A stretch of DNA of 64,000 bases, taken from assembly GCA_964587425.1 (NCBI GenBank), contig CAZPLB010000003.1:60763-124762 (forward strand). Reading direction: 5' to 3'. The stretch's first letter is position 1. Every line of letters starts with the position of its first letter. Positions 36,689-47,652 of this stretch are shown piece after piece. The notes beneath the pieces are model-generated. The model made no database searches. It had not been told where the DNA came from and saw nothing but the letters and a program-made list of their open reading frames with translations. This DNA is from an uncultured Gammaproteobacteria bacterium (GTDB lineage: Bacteria > Patescibacteriota > Microgenomatia > UBA8517). The position numbers and the translations under genes were made by a program.

Positions 36689-37366
36689 ATGCCGTCTATA
36701 GAGAACTTAGGCCAAAGGTTGCTTGATGCCACCCAAGAGTCATTCAACAAAGGGAGTGTGGCTCCATTTGCCTTGAATAGATTCACCGCAGGAATGATTT
36801 ATTACACCGATGCATCAGATATTTTCAAAGTTGACAGGAAAACAAGAATTGAAACAAAAAAAAGAATAGAAGAGTTGATGAGGGATTATTCTGAAAATAT
36901 ATATTGTCATAGAACACTGGTTGCAGACGGAATACATGTAGTAATCTTCTCTCAGGATTTATTACCAAGACGCATTAACGGTACTCCATTTATTTTGAAC
37001 ATAATTGCCGGAGGAAGTTTTTCAAGCCATGTAAGTGATGACCTCAACGGTTTTGCAAGAATTATTAGTTTTCCCATAGATGAGAATACAGCGAAGTCTG
37101 TTAAATATTTCCTGGATAGAAGTAGTTCACATACATCTGCCACAAAAAGACATTTTCCAGAAGATAAGTGGGAAGGAATGATTGAATCATTAATAGACCT
37201 TCGTCTAGAACTTGAAAAGGCAGGGCTACCGCTATTTCCAAGTCTAAGTAGATCTTCACTCAGAAGTTCGGCAGCCTATTTACCAATGCCATCTGAACAA
37301 AAGGCATATCGGAAATGGTTTTCCATGGAATCAAAGCGTTTGATGGAATGGTTTGATTCAAGATGA
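36689..37366 (+). CDS. Hypothetical protein
   Basis: 225-aa ORF. Confidence 0.65.
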   Translation: MPSIENLGQRLLDATQESFNKGSVAPFALNRFTAGMIYYTDASDIFKVDRKTRIETKKRIEELMRDYSENIYCHRTLVADGIHVVIFSQDLLPRRINGTPFILNIIAGGSFSSHVSDDLNGFARIISFPIDENTAKSVKYFLDRSSSHTSATKRHFPEDKWEGMIESLIDLRLELEKAGLPLFPSLSRSSLRSSAAYLPMPSEQKAYRKWFSMESKRLMEWFDSR

Positions 37367-37380
37367 TATTATGAATAGTA

Positions 37381-38487
37381 ATGAAAAGATTTTTGCCAAT
37401 TCTTTTTGTAATAGTTATTATTTCAATAATTGTCTTGAGCTCCAAATCCAATCTTGCCCCAACTCAAACATCTCAACCCCCCACGGCCACAAATTTAACT
37501 GCCAGTAAAATTCCACCAGTAACAGTAATTGCACAGAACCTGAAAATTCCCTGGAGCCTAGTCTTTTTACCAAATGGACAAGAACTTTTCACAACTAGAG
37601 GTGGTGAAGTGAGAAACTTCAAAGGACTAGTTGCAACCGTTCTTGATGTAAAAACTGTTGGAGAAGGGGGATTATTGGGAATTACAGTCCACCCAAACTT
37701 TAATTCAAACCATTTTATATATCTCTACTACACCTATTCTGAAAATGGTGGAAATGTTTTGAATAAAGTTGTCCGTTACAAATTTGAAAATAACCAACTA
37801 ACTGACCCTAAAATAATATTAGATAAAATTCCAGGTTCCAGCAACCACGATGGAGGTAGAATTAAGTTTGGTCCAGATGGAAACCTTTACATTGGAACAG
37901 GAGATGCAGAAGACCCAAGCCAAGCTCAAAACACAAATACTTTGGGTGGAAAAATATTGAGACTAAAAGATGATGGTTCAATTCCCCCAGATAATCCATT
38001 TGGCAATGCAGTCTATTCATATGGCCACAGAAATGTCCAAGGGATAGCCTGGGATGAAAAAGGTCAGTTATGGGCAACCGAACACGGAAGATCTGGAGTC
38101 CAAACAGGTTTTGATGAAGTGAATAAAATATTGAAGGGAGGAAACTTTGGTTGGCCAACAATTCAAGGTGATGAAACCAAAGAAGGTATGATTACTCCAG
38201 TAATTAATTCAGGTGCAGCTACAACCTGGGCACCTTCTGGAATGGCTTACTTCAAGGGTTCATTATTCTTTGCAGGCCTCAGAGGAAGCACACTATATGA
38301 GGCAAAAATAGTAGGAGACAAACTAAATCTTTCAGAACACTTCAAAAATGAGTTTGGAAGATTAAGGGATGTTATCGTAGGACCAGACAACATGTTTTAT
38401 GTTCTAACCAGTAACACAGATGGAAGAGGAACACCAAAATCTGGGGACGACAAAATACTGAAGATTGACCCACTGCAATTAAAATAG
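37381..38487 (+). CDS. PQQ-dependent sugar dehydrogenase (sGDH/YliI-like beta-propeller)
   Basis: PWSLVFLP, GEGGLLG, HDGGRIKFGPDG, YGHRNVQG, GRLRDV; N-terminal anchor. Confidence 0.9.
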   Translation: MKRFLPILFVIVIISIIVLSSKSNLAPTQTSQPPTATNLTASKIPPVTVIAQNLKIPWSLVFLPNGQELFTTRGGEVRNFKGLVATVLDVKTVGEGGLLGITVHPNFNSNHFIYLYYTYSENGGNVLNKVVRYKFENNQLTDPKIILDKIPGSSNHDGGRIKFGPDGNLYIGTGDAEDPSQAQNTNTLGGKILRLKDDGSIPPDNPFGNAVYSYGHRNVQGIAWDEKGQLWATEHGRSGVQTGFDEVNKILKGGNFGWPTIQGDETKEGMITPVINSGAATTWAPSGMAYFKGSLFFAGLRGSTLYEAKIVGDKLNLSEHFKNEFGRLRDVIVGPDNMFYVLTSNTDGRGTPKSGDDKILKIDPLQLK

Positions 38488-38489
38488 AA

Positions 38490-39464
38490 TCATTTTGCCT
38501 GGTAGTAAACTCCGCGAGTACTTCCTAATTTTCGAATTAACCCGCCCTCCTGCAGCTTCTTTAGGTCATATCGAAGAGTTCTTTCATTCACTTTCATGAA
38601 TCTTCTTTTCAACTGGTCAAAGTTGACTATCTTCTGATCCTTCACAATTCTTAAAAGTTCGGCCCTTCTTGGAAGGAGAAAGTCTGTTGCATCTGTATTT
38701 TGTTTCATCAATACTTGTTCCCGCGCCTCTTTTGCAGTTTCATCAATTGCAGTTAGCATAAATTCAATATAATCAGTCAAATCCTTTTCTGGTTCCTCAA
38801 GTGCCCTGTAGTATTCGCTTCTATGATTATCAAGATACTCTTCAAGTGAAAGAAGCCCTTTCATTCCATACCCGCCTTGTTTTAAAATTCTCTGCAACAG
38901 TAATCTTCCTGTTCTACCATTTCCTTCTTCAAATGGATGAATCTTTTCAAAACTGTAATGAAAAAGTACTGCCTTAATCGGCATTAATCTTTCACGCCCG
39001 GCATTTATATATTTAATGAGTTTTTTCAAAAATAGCGTTACTTGTTTCGGTGGGGGAGGCATATAGATTGCAATTCCAGCACTATTGAAAATTGCCTCCA
39101 TATTGTTTCTCAACTTTCCGCCATCGGGGTGTAGTTCATCAAGTACAATTTTATGAATTTCAAGTATTTCATTTAAACTGACATCCTTCTTTTGATGCCT
39201 ATTTATGAAATTTAATGCTTTCAAAATATTTTGTACTTCAAGTTTTTGCTGCCTTTTGGAAGTCGAATCAAAATCCAAGAGTGTTAGTTCATTTCCCTCA
39301 ATCCTGGCTGAATACAAAGAGCTTCGAAGTGTTGATTGTCGGCGAATATTATTTTCGACTTCAGGTGGAATTGTAATGGAATCAATTACATGCTTTGATG
39401 CTTCAATTGAGGAGAGTAATTCAGAAATTTTGGGAGTGAGCCTATATTTGCCTGGAACCAGCAT
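38490..39464 (-). CDS. Fic-family protein with C-terminal HTH
   Basis: SARIEGN (inhibitory-type motif), [13 protein letters not shown]-terminal [10 protein letters not shown]...G HTH. Confidence 0.92.
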   Translation of the reverse strand: MLVPGKYRLTPKISELLSSIEASKHVIDSITIPPEVENNIRRQSTLRSSLYSARIEGNELTLLDFDSTSKRQQKLEVQNILKALNFINRHQKKDVSLNEILEIHKIVLDELHPDGGKLRNNMEAIFNSAGIAIYMPPPPKQVTLFLKKLIKYINAGRERLMPIKAVLFHYSFEKIHPFEEGNGRTGRLLLQRILKQGGYGMKGLLSLEEYLDNHRSEYYRALEEPEKDLTDYIEFMLTAIDETAKEAREQVLMKQNTDATDFLLPRRAELLRIVKDQKIVNFDQLKRRFMKVNERTLRYDLKKLQEGGLIRKLGSTRGVYYQAK

Positions 39465-39472
39465 ATCTAATC

Positions 39473-39522
39473 TTACCAGATGCTACCAAATTCTGCCAAA
39501 TATTACCAGATACTGTCCTACA
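39473..39522. repeat. Degenerate 10-bp tandem repeat in Fic promoter
   Basis: ttaccagatg / ctaccaaatt / ctgccaaata / ttaccagata / ctgtcctaca. Confidence 0.65.
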
Positions 39523-39559
39523 GTTGACTTCAGAGTACGAAACGAATATTATCTTCATA

Positions 39560-40054
39560 GTGAAAAGATATTGGTTTTTGATTATTCCAGTTTTAGTTGT
39601 TGCAGCCGTTTTGGTACTAGCCAGAAGCACCCAGAAAAAGGATAATCCAGAAAGTCAGGTAGAAGGGTTGGCAGTGGTTGCAACCAGTACACCTTCAGGA
39701 GAAATAAAAATGGACACACAAACACCATCAAACGAACTAAAAATAGAAGATATTACAGTTGGAACTGGAGATGAAGCAGTCTCAGGAAAGAAAATTACAG
39801 TTAATTACTCAGGAACGCTAACCGATGGAAAGAAATTTGACAGTTCATATGACAGAAATATTCCCTTTAGTTTCACTCTCGGAGCAGGGGAAGTAATCCA
39901 AGGATGGGATCAAGGATTTAATGGTATGAAAGTTGGAGGAAAAAGAAAGTTAACAATACCAGCAAGTTTAGGATATGGTTCAGCAGGAGCTCCTCCAGTT
40001 ATTCCAGGAAACGCAACTTTAATATTTGAAGTAGAACTTCTAAAAGTAGAATAG
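39560..40054 (+). CDS. FKBP-type peptidyl-prolyl isomerase, membrane-anchored
   Basis: [37 protein letters not shown]; GTG start. Confidence 0.93.
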   Translation: MKRYWFLIIPVLVVAAVLVLARSTQKKDNPESQVEGLAVVATSTPSGEIKMDTQTPSNELKIEDITVGTGDEAVSGKKITVNYSGTLTDGKKFDSSYDRNIPFSFTLGAGEVIQGWDQGFNGMKVGGKRKLTIPASLGYGSAGAPPVIPGNATLIFEVELLKVE

Positions 40055-40058
40055 TTAT

Positions 40059-40337
40059 ATGATCGAAGCTCTTTGGAGAATAAATGCCTGGACACCAAAC
40101 GAAGTCTTTTGTGTTGAGGCAGCTGCTTTAGAAGAAGGGTACGAAGTTTACGAAGACGAGGGAGAAGTTCTTATATTAACTTCTGACGGTAAGGATGGCG
40201 CAACTTTTTTCTCTACTGTCTACAAAATGATTCAGGAATCTCTCTTAACTAAGACAAACATTGCAATAGACCCGGCCACTGCAAATATACTTCCAAAGAT
40301 AAATACAGCCGGGTGGCCAATTTTGTCCCACACCTGA
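40059..40337 (+). CDS. Hypothetical acidic protein (3' end overlaps MFS gene)
   Basis: TAGAAT 6 nt before ATG; about 105-bp convergent overlap. Confidence 0.4.
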   Translation: MIEALWRINAWTPNEVFCVEAAALEEGYEVYEDEGEVLILTSDGKDGATFFSTVYKMIQESLLTKTNIAIDPATANILPKINTAGWPILSHT

Positions 40338-41428
40338 CCTGCAATTATTGAAGCAAACAAACTCGTTAAACCAACGGTTGCAGAGTACCACCCTATCCCG
40401 CTTGCACGAAGACCAAAAGGAACCAAATCAGAAGCAAGTGCCTTTCCAACTCCTCTGAAGATTCCCTGATAAACTCCATACAAAATAAAAAGAAAGGCAA
40501 TTACAAAATAACTACGTGTTAAGGCAAAACCCAAATAGCTAATGAAAAAGATAAGGAAAGAAAATATCAAAATATTCTTTCTACCAAATTTATCAGACAA
40601 AGCCCCAGATGGATATGAGACAAGTGCCGCAGCTAAATTAAAAAATGCATAAATAAATATTGTTGTTTGTAAACTTATTCCAATATCCCGGGTTGCAAGA
40701 ATTAAAAAAGAACTGCTGGAAGCTCCAATTCCAAAGACAGCAGTAGCAAGTAAATATTTCCAATAACTTTTACCAAATGATCGAAACTTAACATTCAATT
40801 TTGTCTTTTCAATCTGTACACTTTTTCTTTCCCTCACTAAAATTATTGCAGCCACAGAAAGAAGACCTGGAATGAGTGCGATGTAAAAAATATTCCTAAT
40901 CGGAATTTTCAAAGAAAAAAGAAGAAAAATCGCAAACAATGGTCCAAGAAACGCTCCCAAGTTATCTCCAATCCCTTCCAACCCAAATGCCTTTCCTTTA
41001 TCTTTCTCATCAACTGAACCTGCAATCAAAGCATCGCGTGGAGCAGACCTTGTTCCAGTTCCTAGCCTATCTAGAAATCTAATTCCAAGTACCTGCTGCC
41101 AGATAGTTGAAAAACCAATTAAAGGTTTACTTAAAGCGCTAATCAGATACCCAACAATCGCCAGGTATTTCCTTCTTTGTATTTTGTCAGAAATATATCC
41201 GGCAAAACCCTGAACTATGTTTTGTGTAGCATTCGCTATTCCTTCAACTAATCCAACAATTGCTCCATTAGCCCGAAGTGTCTGGGTTAAAAAGATTGGG
41301 AGGATAGGGTAGAGCATCTCGGTCGCAATATCTGCAAACAAAGAAACCGATGCAAGAAGGAAAGTGTCGCGGGTAACTCCCGAGAAATATTTAGATAATT
41401 TTGTAGCCGGCTTTTTCAACAACATCAT
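40232..41428 (-). CDS. MFS transporter
   Basis: GYISDKIQRRK and GALSDKFGRK motifs, DRLGTGTRSAPRDALIA; start uncertain. Confidence 0.88.
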   Translation of the reverse strand: MMLLKKPATKLSKYFSGVTRDTFLLASVSLFADIATEMLYPILPIFLTQTLRANGAIVGLVEGIANATQNIVQGFAGYISDKIQRRKYLAIVGYLISALSKPLIGFSTIWQQVLGIRFLDRLGTGTRSAPRDALIAGSVDEKDKGKAFGLEGIGDNLGAFLGPLFAIFLLFSLKIPIRNIFYIALIPGLLSVAAIILVRERKSVQIEKTKLNVKFRSFGKSYWKYLLATAVFGIGASSSSFLILATRDIGISLQTTIFIYAFFNLAAALVSYPSGALSDKFGRKNILIFSFLIFFISYLGFALTRSYFVIAFLFILYGVYQGIFRGVGKALASDLVPFGLRASGIGWYSATVGLTSLFASIIAGQVWDKIGHPAVFIFGSIFAVAGSIAMFVLVKRDS

Positions 41429-41585
41429 TAATTACTTTCTCATTTATATTAGCACCTTCAACTTCCAAAGTTTCCTTTGCATAATTGCATTTTGCCTTAA
41501 TCCCGACATCCTCTAAATCGCTTTCAATCATCATCGCGCAGCTTGTGCAATCCATCCCCTGTATTTTATATGTTTTCATATTCAT
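41391..41585 (-). CDS. Heavy-metal-associated (CopZ-like) chaperone
   Basis: GMDCTSC...AGY. Confidence 0.85.
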   Translation of the reverse strand: MNMKTYKIQGMDCTSCAMMIESDLEDVGIKAKCNYAKETLEVEGANINEKVINDVVEKAGYKII

Positions 41586-42599
41586 CTAATTAATAACAGT
41601 AAACTGGCCGTTGTACATTCCCATACCGCAAGTGTAGGGAAGTTGCCCGATTTCTTTTGGAGTAAATTCAATTTCAGTGCTGCCGTTTTGCGGAAGTATC
41701 TTTGAAACGTTTAATTTTGGAATTAAGAAACTTCTTGCACAGCTTTGTACGTTGTTTGAAATGAGGGTAAGTTTAACTGGAACGCCAACTTTAATAGCCC
41801 CGCTTGGCTTTGAATATCCGCTTGAAGCTACGTCTATTGTTACTTCCTGTTTACCCTCGGAATCTAATTGTGCAGCAGCACCTGCAACCGCAGGTCTGTT
41901 TGTATTCGAAAAAATGGTGCCGATAGCTGTACCGTAGTTTTGTAGAGTATGAGGAGAACCTCTTAATACCTGACCCGAATTCATTGAAAGAACCCCAAGA
42001 ATAAATATCACAAAGGAGGCTGGATAGATGAAAGCCTTTTTCTTCAATAGAGTAAGTGCCGTCACGCCAAGAGTGAAAAATACTGGACTTGTACCCAAGG
42101 TAAAGGCAAACATAAGAAGCGCGCCGTTAAAAGCACTTCCACTTCCAACAGAAAGAACCATCATGGCTTGTGTCACTCCGCATGGAATTAAAACTGTCAT
42201 CGTTCCCAAAATTCCCGGGGTAAAAAATTGAGCCCTTTTGGTTTTATTCTTCATTAATTTATACAGAAACTTTGGCGGTTGAATTACAAAATATCTAAAA
42301 ATTGGATGGAGATTTAAAAGACGTCCTACAGTTCCAAGCATGAAAATACCCACAAAAATCTGAAACCATCCTTGCAGGGCGGGGGAGATAATAAACTTTG
42401 CTCCCAGGTACCCCAAGAGCCCTCCAAGAAGGGTGTAGGCGAGTATTTTAAAAAAGAGAAAAACACTAACGCCAATAAATCTGTCGTTTTTAGTTGCATT
42501 ATTGGTGAGGGATGATGCCAACAACCCCCCCTGCACTGCCATGCAGGAAATCCCACCAGTAGTTAATCCAGTTAGAAAAGCTAGCCAAATTTGATTCAT
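41586..42599 (-). CDS. DsbD_2/TauE-like membrane protein fused to a cupredoxin domain
   Basis: SCMAVQGG, IPCG, FTLGT TM motifs; C-terminal YTCGMGMY. Confidence 0.8.
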   Translation of the reverse strand: MNQIWLAFLTGLTTGGISCMAVQGGLLASSLTNNATKNDRFIGVSVFLFFKILAYTLLGGLLGYLGAKFIISPALQGWFQIFVGIFMLGTVGRLLNLHPIFRYFVIQPPKFLYKLMKNKTKRAQFFTPGILGTMTVLIPCGVTQAMMVLSVGSGSAFNGALLMFAFTLGTSPVFFTLGVTALTLLKKKAFIYPASFVIFILGVLSMNSGQVLRGSPHTLQNYGTAIGTIFSNTNRPAVAGAAAQLDSEGKQEVTIDVASSGYSKPSGAIKVGVPVKLTLISNNVQSCARSFLIPKLNVSKILPQNGSTEIEFTPKEIGQLPYTCGMGMYNGQFTVIN

Positions 42600-42610
42600 A
42601 ATTTAAGCTC

Positions 42611-42663
42611 TTGACATTAGGATAAATGTTTATTATAGTGTTGTCAATCCCCCCCTCGGGGAT
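42611..42663. promoter_or_regulatory. Overlapping divergent promoters with CsoR-type operator
   Basis: + TTGACA-17-TATAGT; - TTGACA-17-TATCCT; ATCCCC-n5-GGGGAT C/G-tract inverted repeat at 42647-42663. Confidence 0.7.
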
Positions 42664-42696
42664 AAACAAGTTAGTGATTACATTTAAAAATAAAAT

Positions 42697-42975
42697 ATGC
42701 CAAAAGGAATACCAAGAGACAAATCGTTGCAAAGAACCATAATCCATAGACTTAAGATTGCAGAAGGGCACTTGAAAAAAGTGACGAAAATGACCGAGAA
42801 TGGTGAATACTGCATGGATGTAATTAATCAATCGCTTGCAGTACAAATGGCACTTAAAAAAGTGGATGAATTAATCTTGAAAAATCATTTGCAAACTTGT
42901 GTAAGAGATTCGGTTAAAAAGGGCGGAACTGAAGAAAGTATTGAAGAAATTATTGGAGTAATAGAAAGATGGTAA
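42697..42975 (+). CDS. csoR: CsoR/RcnR-family metal-sensing repressor
   Basis: RLKIAEGHL, YC.DVI.Q..AV, NHLQTCV (C-H-C ligands). Confidence 0.88.
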   Translation: MPKGIPRDKSLQRTIIHRLKIAEGHLKKVTKMTENGEYCMDVINQSLAVQMALKKVDELILKNHLQTCVRDSVKKGGTEESIEEIIGVIERW

Positions 42976-43322
42976 TTGAAAAAATAATTGTATCGACTGG
43001 AGGGTTATTGCTAATAGGTTTTATATATTGGTTCTTTTTTGGAAAAAAAGAAAAAGCAGTTGAAGGAAACACTCAAATCATAGTTGAAGGCGGCTATAAG
43101 CCGTCAATAATAAAAATAAAGAAGGGTGTAAAAACAACCCTGACTTTTACTCGCCGCGACCCGAATTCGTGTTTGGAAGAAGTAGTAATACCGGCATTTA
43201 AAGTGAAAAAGTATCTGCCAATCAATACACCTGTCAATATAGAAATTATAGGTAAAGAAACTGGAGAGTTTGGGTTTAGATGCGGGATGGGGATGTTTAG
43301 CGGGAAAATAATCATTGATTAA
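42969..43322 (+). CDS. Membrane-anchored cupredoxin (CupA-like)
   Basis: TM, GGYKP, SCLEE, FRCGMGM. Confidence 0.85.
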   Translation: MVIEKIIVSTGGLLLIGFIYWFFFGKKEKAVEGNTQIIVEGGYKPSIIKIKKGVKTTLTFTRRDPNSCLEEVVIPAFKVKKYLPINTPVNIEIIGKETGEFGFRCGMGMFSGKIIID

Positions 43323-43350
43323 TTTAATGATTATTAACTTTTAAAAAAAT

Positions 43351-45501
43351 ATGGCAAAAAAATCTTTTCCAATCATAGGAATGCACTGCGCGAGCTGTGC
43401 AAGGTTAATTGAAAAAAAATTAACAAAGACAAACGGTGTAGTTTCTGCAAATGTTAACTATGGAAGTGAAACTGCAACAGTTGAATACGATGATTCAGTA
43501 ATTGCTGAAGAGGAACTAGTAGAGGCAGTAAAAGAAACGGGATACCAGTTAATTCATTCAAGTGGAGAACACGACAAAAGTGCAGATGTGATTAAAGAGG
43601 AAGCAAAGAAAAAAGAACTTGAGGATTTGAGATTGAAAGTAGTAGTTTCAGGGATATTATCAGTAATAATTTTTATTGGAAGTTTCCCTGAATGGTTCAC
43701 TTTTGTTCCCAGTCTCTTAAGTGATCCATTAACGCTTCTTGTCCTATCTATTCCTGTTCAGTTTTGGGCAGGGCTCTCATTTTTTAAAGCAACAATTTCA
43801 GGACTAAAAAACAGAACTGCTAGTATGGATACCCTCATAGCGATAGGTACTTCAGCTGCATTTTTCTATTCAGTGCTTTCTATTTTTGGTTTCACCAAAG
43901 GAACATATTTTGACACAGCTGCAGTAATTATCGCTCTCATTCTTCTGGGAAGGTACTTAGAAGCGAGAGCGAAACTTCATACATCTGATGCCATTAAAAA
44001 ATTGATTGGACTTCAAGCAAAAACTGCACGCGTGATTCGAAACGGGCAAGATTTAGATATACCAATTGAAGAAGTAAGAGAAGGAGATGAAATTAGAGTA
44101 AGGCCAGGAGAAAAAATAGCAGTAGATGGGGTAATCATTGAAGGAAATACTTCAATAGATGAATCTATGGTAACAGGTGAATCAATCCCAGTCGAAAAAA
44201 TGAAAGGAGACACAGTAATTGGCAGCACCATGAATAAAAATGGAACATTAATTTTCAAAGCAACAAAAGTAGGAGCTGACACAATGCTCTCCCAAATTGT
44301 GAAGCTTGTTGAGTCTGCTCAATCGTCCCGTGCTCCCATACAGCGCCTTGCTGATGCTGTTTCTTCCTACTTTGTTCCAGTTGTCCTGATGCTTGCAGTT
44401 GCAACTTTTGTAATTTGGTTTGACTTCAATACTCCAATAAATGCATTCGTTAACATGGTTGCAGTTCTAATAATAGCTTGCCCATGTGCCATGGGACTGG
44501 CCACTCCTACTGCAATAATGGTTGGGACGGGAAAAGGAGCAGAGAAAGGAATACTGGTTAAAGATGCACAAAGTTTGGAAGTTGCAAGTAGAGTCAAATC
44601 TATTATTTTTGACAAAACAGGAACTCTCACAGAAGGAAAGCCAAAAGTAACAGACATTACAAATTTGGAGGTATTGAAAATTGCAGCCAGTTTGGAAGTT
44701 GGATCAGAACACCCGCTTGCTGAAGCTATCGTTAATTATGCAAAAGAAAAAGGTGTAAATATGGAAAAGGTTGATGAATTTCAATCAATTACAGGTCAAG
44801 GGGTTGAAGGAAAAATAAACGGCAAAAAGTATTTCTTCGGGAAGCACACTGAAAAAAGTGAAGACGTGAAGGAGATGGAAAAAAAGGGGAAAACAGTAAT
44901 AACGCTTCTTGAAGAAAATCAGATGTTAGGAACAATAGCTGTAGCTGATACACCAAAGGATGGAGTAGGCGAGGTTATACAAAAACTTCAGGAAAGTAAA
45001 ATCAATGTTTGGATGATAACTGGGGATAATAGGGCAACTGCAGAAGGAATTGCCAAAACAATTGGAATTAAAAATATAATGGCAGAGGTTCTTCCAGGTG
45101 AAAAGGCAGAGAAGGTAAATGAATTAAAGTCGATGGGAATTAAAGTAGCGTTCGTTGGGGACGGCGTCAATGATGCACCGGCATTGGCAGCTGCAGATGT
45201 TGGAATAGCAATGGGAACTGGCACTGATGTAGCAATAGAGGCAGCAGGCATTACACTTCTAAATAAAGATATTAGATCGGTTCTTTCAGCATTTAAATTA
45301 AGTAAAAGCACCTTAGCAGTTATAAGGCAAAATCTCTTTTGGGCATTTGGCTACAACATTATTTTAATCCCAGTTGCAGCAGGTATTCTTTACCCTTTCA
45401 CAGGATGGCTACTAAATCCTGCTATAGCAGCCGGAGCCATGGCACTGTCATCATTATCAGTAGTTACAAATTCATTAAGGCTAAAAAGTTTGAAGATATA
45501 G
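43351..45501 (+). CDS. copA: Copper-translocating P1B-type ATPase
   Basis: GMHCASC, TGES, CPC, DKTGT, SEHP, GDGVND, YN, MALSS. Confidence 0.95.
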   Translation: MAKKSFPIIGMHCASCARLIEKKLTKTNGVVSANVNYGSETATVEYDDSVIAEEELVEAVKETGYQLIHSSGEHDKSADVIKEEAKKKELEDLRLKVVVSGILSVIIFIGSFPEWFTFVPSLLSDPLTLLVLSIPVQFWAGLSFFKATISGLKNRTASMDTLIAIGTSAAFFYSVLSIFGFTKGTYFDTAAVIIALILLGRYLEARAKLHTSDAIKKLIGLQAKTARVIRNGQDLDIPIEEVREGDEIRVRPGEKIAVDGVIIEGNTSIDESMVTGESIPVEKMKGDTVIGSTMNKNGTLIFKATKVGADTMLSQIVKLVESAQSSRAPIQRLADAVSSYFVPVVLMLAVATFVIWFDFNTPINAFVNMVAVLIIACPCAMGLATPTAIMVGTGKGAEKGILVKDAQSLEVASRVKSIIFDKTGTLTEGKPKVTDITNLEVLKIAASLEVGSEHPLAEAIVNYAKEKGVNMEKVDEFQSITGQGVEGKINGKKYFFGKHTEKSEDVKEMEKKGKTVITLLEENQMLGTIAVADTPKDGVGEVIQKLQESKINVWMITGDNRATAEGIAKTIGIKNIMAEVLPGEKAEKVNELKSMGIKVAFVGDGVNDAPALAAADVGIAMGTGTDVAIEAAGITLLNKDIRSVLSAFKLSKSTLAVIRQNLFWAFGYNIILIPVAAGILYPFTGWLLNPAIAAGAMALSSLSVVTNSLRLKSLKI

Positions 45502-45538
45502 ACTTGACATTCAATAAGCAAAGCTTCAATATTCAAAT

Positions 45539-46168
45539 ATGTCAGGAGAATTTCTAGTTTTCTCAAAGGACGGAAAAGATCTTCATATAACTGCACATCA
45601 TGCAAACGGCGTCACAAATAAGAGGTTCATGCATGAAGAAGAAAAAGAAGCAATAAGAAGAACCTTAGGATTACCAGAGAAGGATGGGGTCTTCATGAGT
45701 ATTCCAGATAGAGATTACCTCAAAGTAATGACCACTCAAGAAGAGAGGGACGGATGGCTAGAAGCCTGGGGAGGATTAACTCCAACAGAAAAATTAGTTT
45801 ACGCCACCAATCACTACAGAATTAATTCATATCGTGAGGTAGCAGAAAGTCTTGGCTTCACTGACATAGAAGAAATACGAATTGGAATATGCGGTTCAGA
45901 GAACGTGGTGATAACTCACCGTTCGGAACAATTTCAAGGAATACTCAAGGAAGTCGAGGCAAAGATGACTATTGAATTGATTGAAAAAGGAATTTTTCCG
46001 GAATTAGATCTACCTTGGAAATTGAGAAAGAGGATGGTTAATATAGAAAGCGCTGTTATGGATTCAGTCATAGAAAACCTAGATGAACCGTCAGTTAACT
46101 CGGCCGAATGGAGCGAATGGTACAATAAAACACAGGAAACGTTTTATAACTACCTTCTCAGCCAATAA
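45539..46168 (+). CDS. Hypothetical acidic protein
   Basis: 209-aa ORF; TTGACA upstream. Confidence 0.65.
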   Translation: MSGEFLVFSKDGKDLHITAHHANGVTNKRFMHEEEKEAIRRTLGLPEKDGVFMSIPDRDYLKVMTTQEERDGWLEAWGGLTPTEKLVYATNHYRINSYREVAESLGFTDIEEIRIGICGSENVVITHRSEQFQGILKEVEAKMTIELIEKGIFPELDLPWKLRKRMVNIESAVMDSVIENLDEPSVNSAEWSEWYNKTQETFYNYLLSQ

Positions 46169-46171
46169 TTT

Positions 46172-46477
46172 ATGAAAACAAAGGGTCTAATTCAAGCACT
46201 AGGAGTGGCACTATACTGCACAATAGTAGGCACATTTATGTTTAATGTAGGAAAAATCCTAGGAAATGATAATAACCAAAATTTTTTTGGACCAATTGCA
46301 TTCCTTCTTCTTTTTAGCACCTCAGCCTTAATTTGTTCACTTATAGTTTTCTACAAGCCTTACTTGTTATTCTTTTCAAACAAGAAAAAAGAAGCAATTA
46401 ATTTAGTAGTTTCAACAGCTTCTTGGCTCTTCATCTTTTTTCTAGTGTTCATCTCGCTTGCAATTATCCTCAGATAA
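46172..46477 (+). CDS. Three-TM hypothetical membrane protein
   Basis: Three hydrophobic segments. Confidence 0.7.
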   Translation: MKTKGLIQALGVALYCTIVGTFMFNVGKILGNDNNQNFFGPIAFLLLFSTSALICSLIVFYKPYLLFFSNKKKEAINLVVSTASWLFIFFLVFISLAIILR

Positions 46478-46494
46478 AGTGGTATATTAAAACC

Positions 46495-46725
46495 ATGTCA
46501 GATACTACAATGCTTCAATCAATAGTAAGTTCAATTGCTTTAATGCGCCAAGAGATGAAAGATGGATTCAAAAAGGTGAATGAAAAGATAGATAAAGTCG
46601 ATAAAAGAGTGGACAACCTAGGAAAATCACTCGCATATCTTGAAGATGATGCACCAACTCGTGGTGAGCACACAAAACTTGAAAAACGGGTTACCAAGTT
46701 AGAACAAATCACAGCTCCAGTATAA
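46495..46725 (+). CDS. Small coiled-coil hypothetical protein
   Basis: ATG 6 nt after TGG-TATATT; heptads ending LEKRVTKLE. Confidence 0.65.
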   Translation: MSDTTMLQSIVSSIALMRQEMKDGFKKVNEKIDKVDKRVDNLGKSLAYLEDDAPTRGEHTKLEKRVTKLEQITAPV

Positions 46726-46752
46726 GATTACTTCCAGTTTCAAAAATAATCT

Positions 46753-47571
46753 TTATTTATCTTCTTTGTTTTCTTCAGTAGGTTCGTTACATGCTTTTAT
46801 GAGTGAATATCCCAAAGAAGTTAATTGCACTGAATTCTCGGATAGACTTCTACTTCGTCGTTCTGTCTCTAAATAACGGGAAACTTCTCTTAAAATTCTA
46901 TTTTCACCATCGTAAGTAGTAGTTACCACAGAAGTTCCACCAGTACCGAAATTCAAGAGTCCAGTACCAAAACCGATAGACGTCGCTGTTGCATAATGTA
47001 TAGGTGGATTTGTTATGAGTCTCAAACGATATAAATTGTCTACAACAGTCTGATAGTCACTGTTGTTTTCCTTAAGTTTGCTTATCACAATTCGAAGAGA
47101 AATTGAATAATGAGCCGGATCTGCTCGTCCTTTCTCTTTCATACCGGAATGTATCATGTCTAGAACCAATGCTTCAGAGGGGGTGAGTTCTTTCAATATG
47201 GAAACATAAATTGTTTTCGCGCTAGAATTGTTAGCTGCTGCATTAGCCAAGAGATTAGCCCACATCTTTTGCATTGTTTCATTTTCTTGTAGTGAAGCTT
47301 GTTCGATAAATGGAACTTCAAAAGCAATTGGTAATTTAGCCGAAAGTTCTGGTAAATTATATTTTTCTGAAATTTCATTTGCCTCTTTTGTTATCTTGAT
47401 AAAGTTTTTCCAACGGGCAAATTTTGCATTATCACTTAGTATGCCCATTGTTTCCTTAACAAAACCTGGAACTACTGAATTAAAAAATTTACCAACCATA
47501 CGCATCTCTGATTGTTCTATTTCCATTTCACCGCTACCCAGATTGTTGGGAAGAGATAGCTTTGTTCTCAT
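46753..47571 (-). CDS. Abi-alpha / DUF4393-like protein
   Basis: AS..E.E.MQ.MWANLLANA, ILKELTPSEA.VL, DNL.RL.LI, LT.LG...I.AC pattern. Confidence 0.7.
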   Translation of the reverse strand: MRTKLSLPNNLGSGEMEIEQSEMRMVGKFFNSVVPGFVKETMGILSDNAKFARWKNFIKITKEANEISEKYNLPELSAKLPIAFEVPFIEQASLQENETMQKMWANLLANAAANNSSAKTIYVSILKELTPSEALVLDMIHSGMKEKGRADPAHYSISLRIVISKLKENNSDYQTVVDNLYRLRLITNPPIHYATATSIGFGTGLLNFGTGGTSVVTTTYDGENRILREVSRYLETERRSRSLSENSVQLTSLGYSLIKACNEPTEENKEDK

Positions 47572-47652
47572 GTATACGATTATATACTTTTTGGAACATC
47601 TTATAGAGCAACTCTGATTGACCTGTAATCTTTTCTGTCCTAAAATACAATC

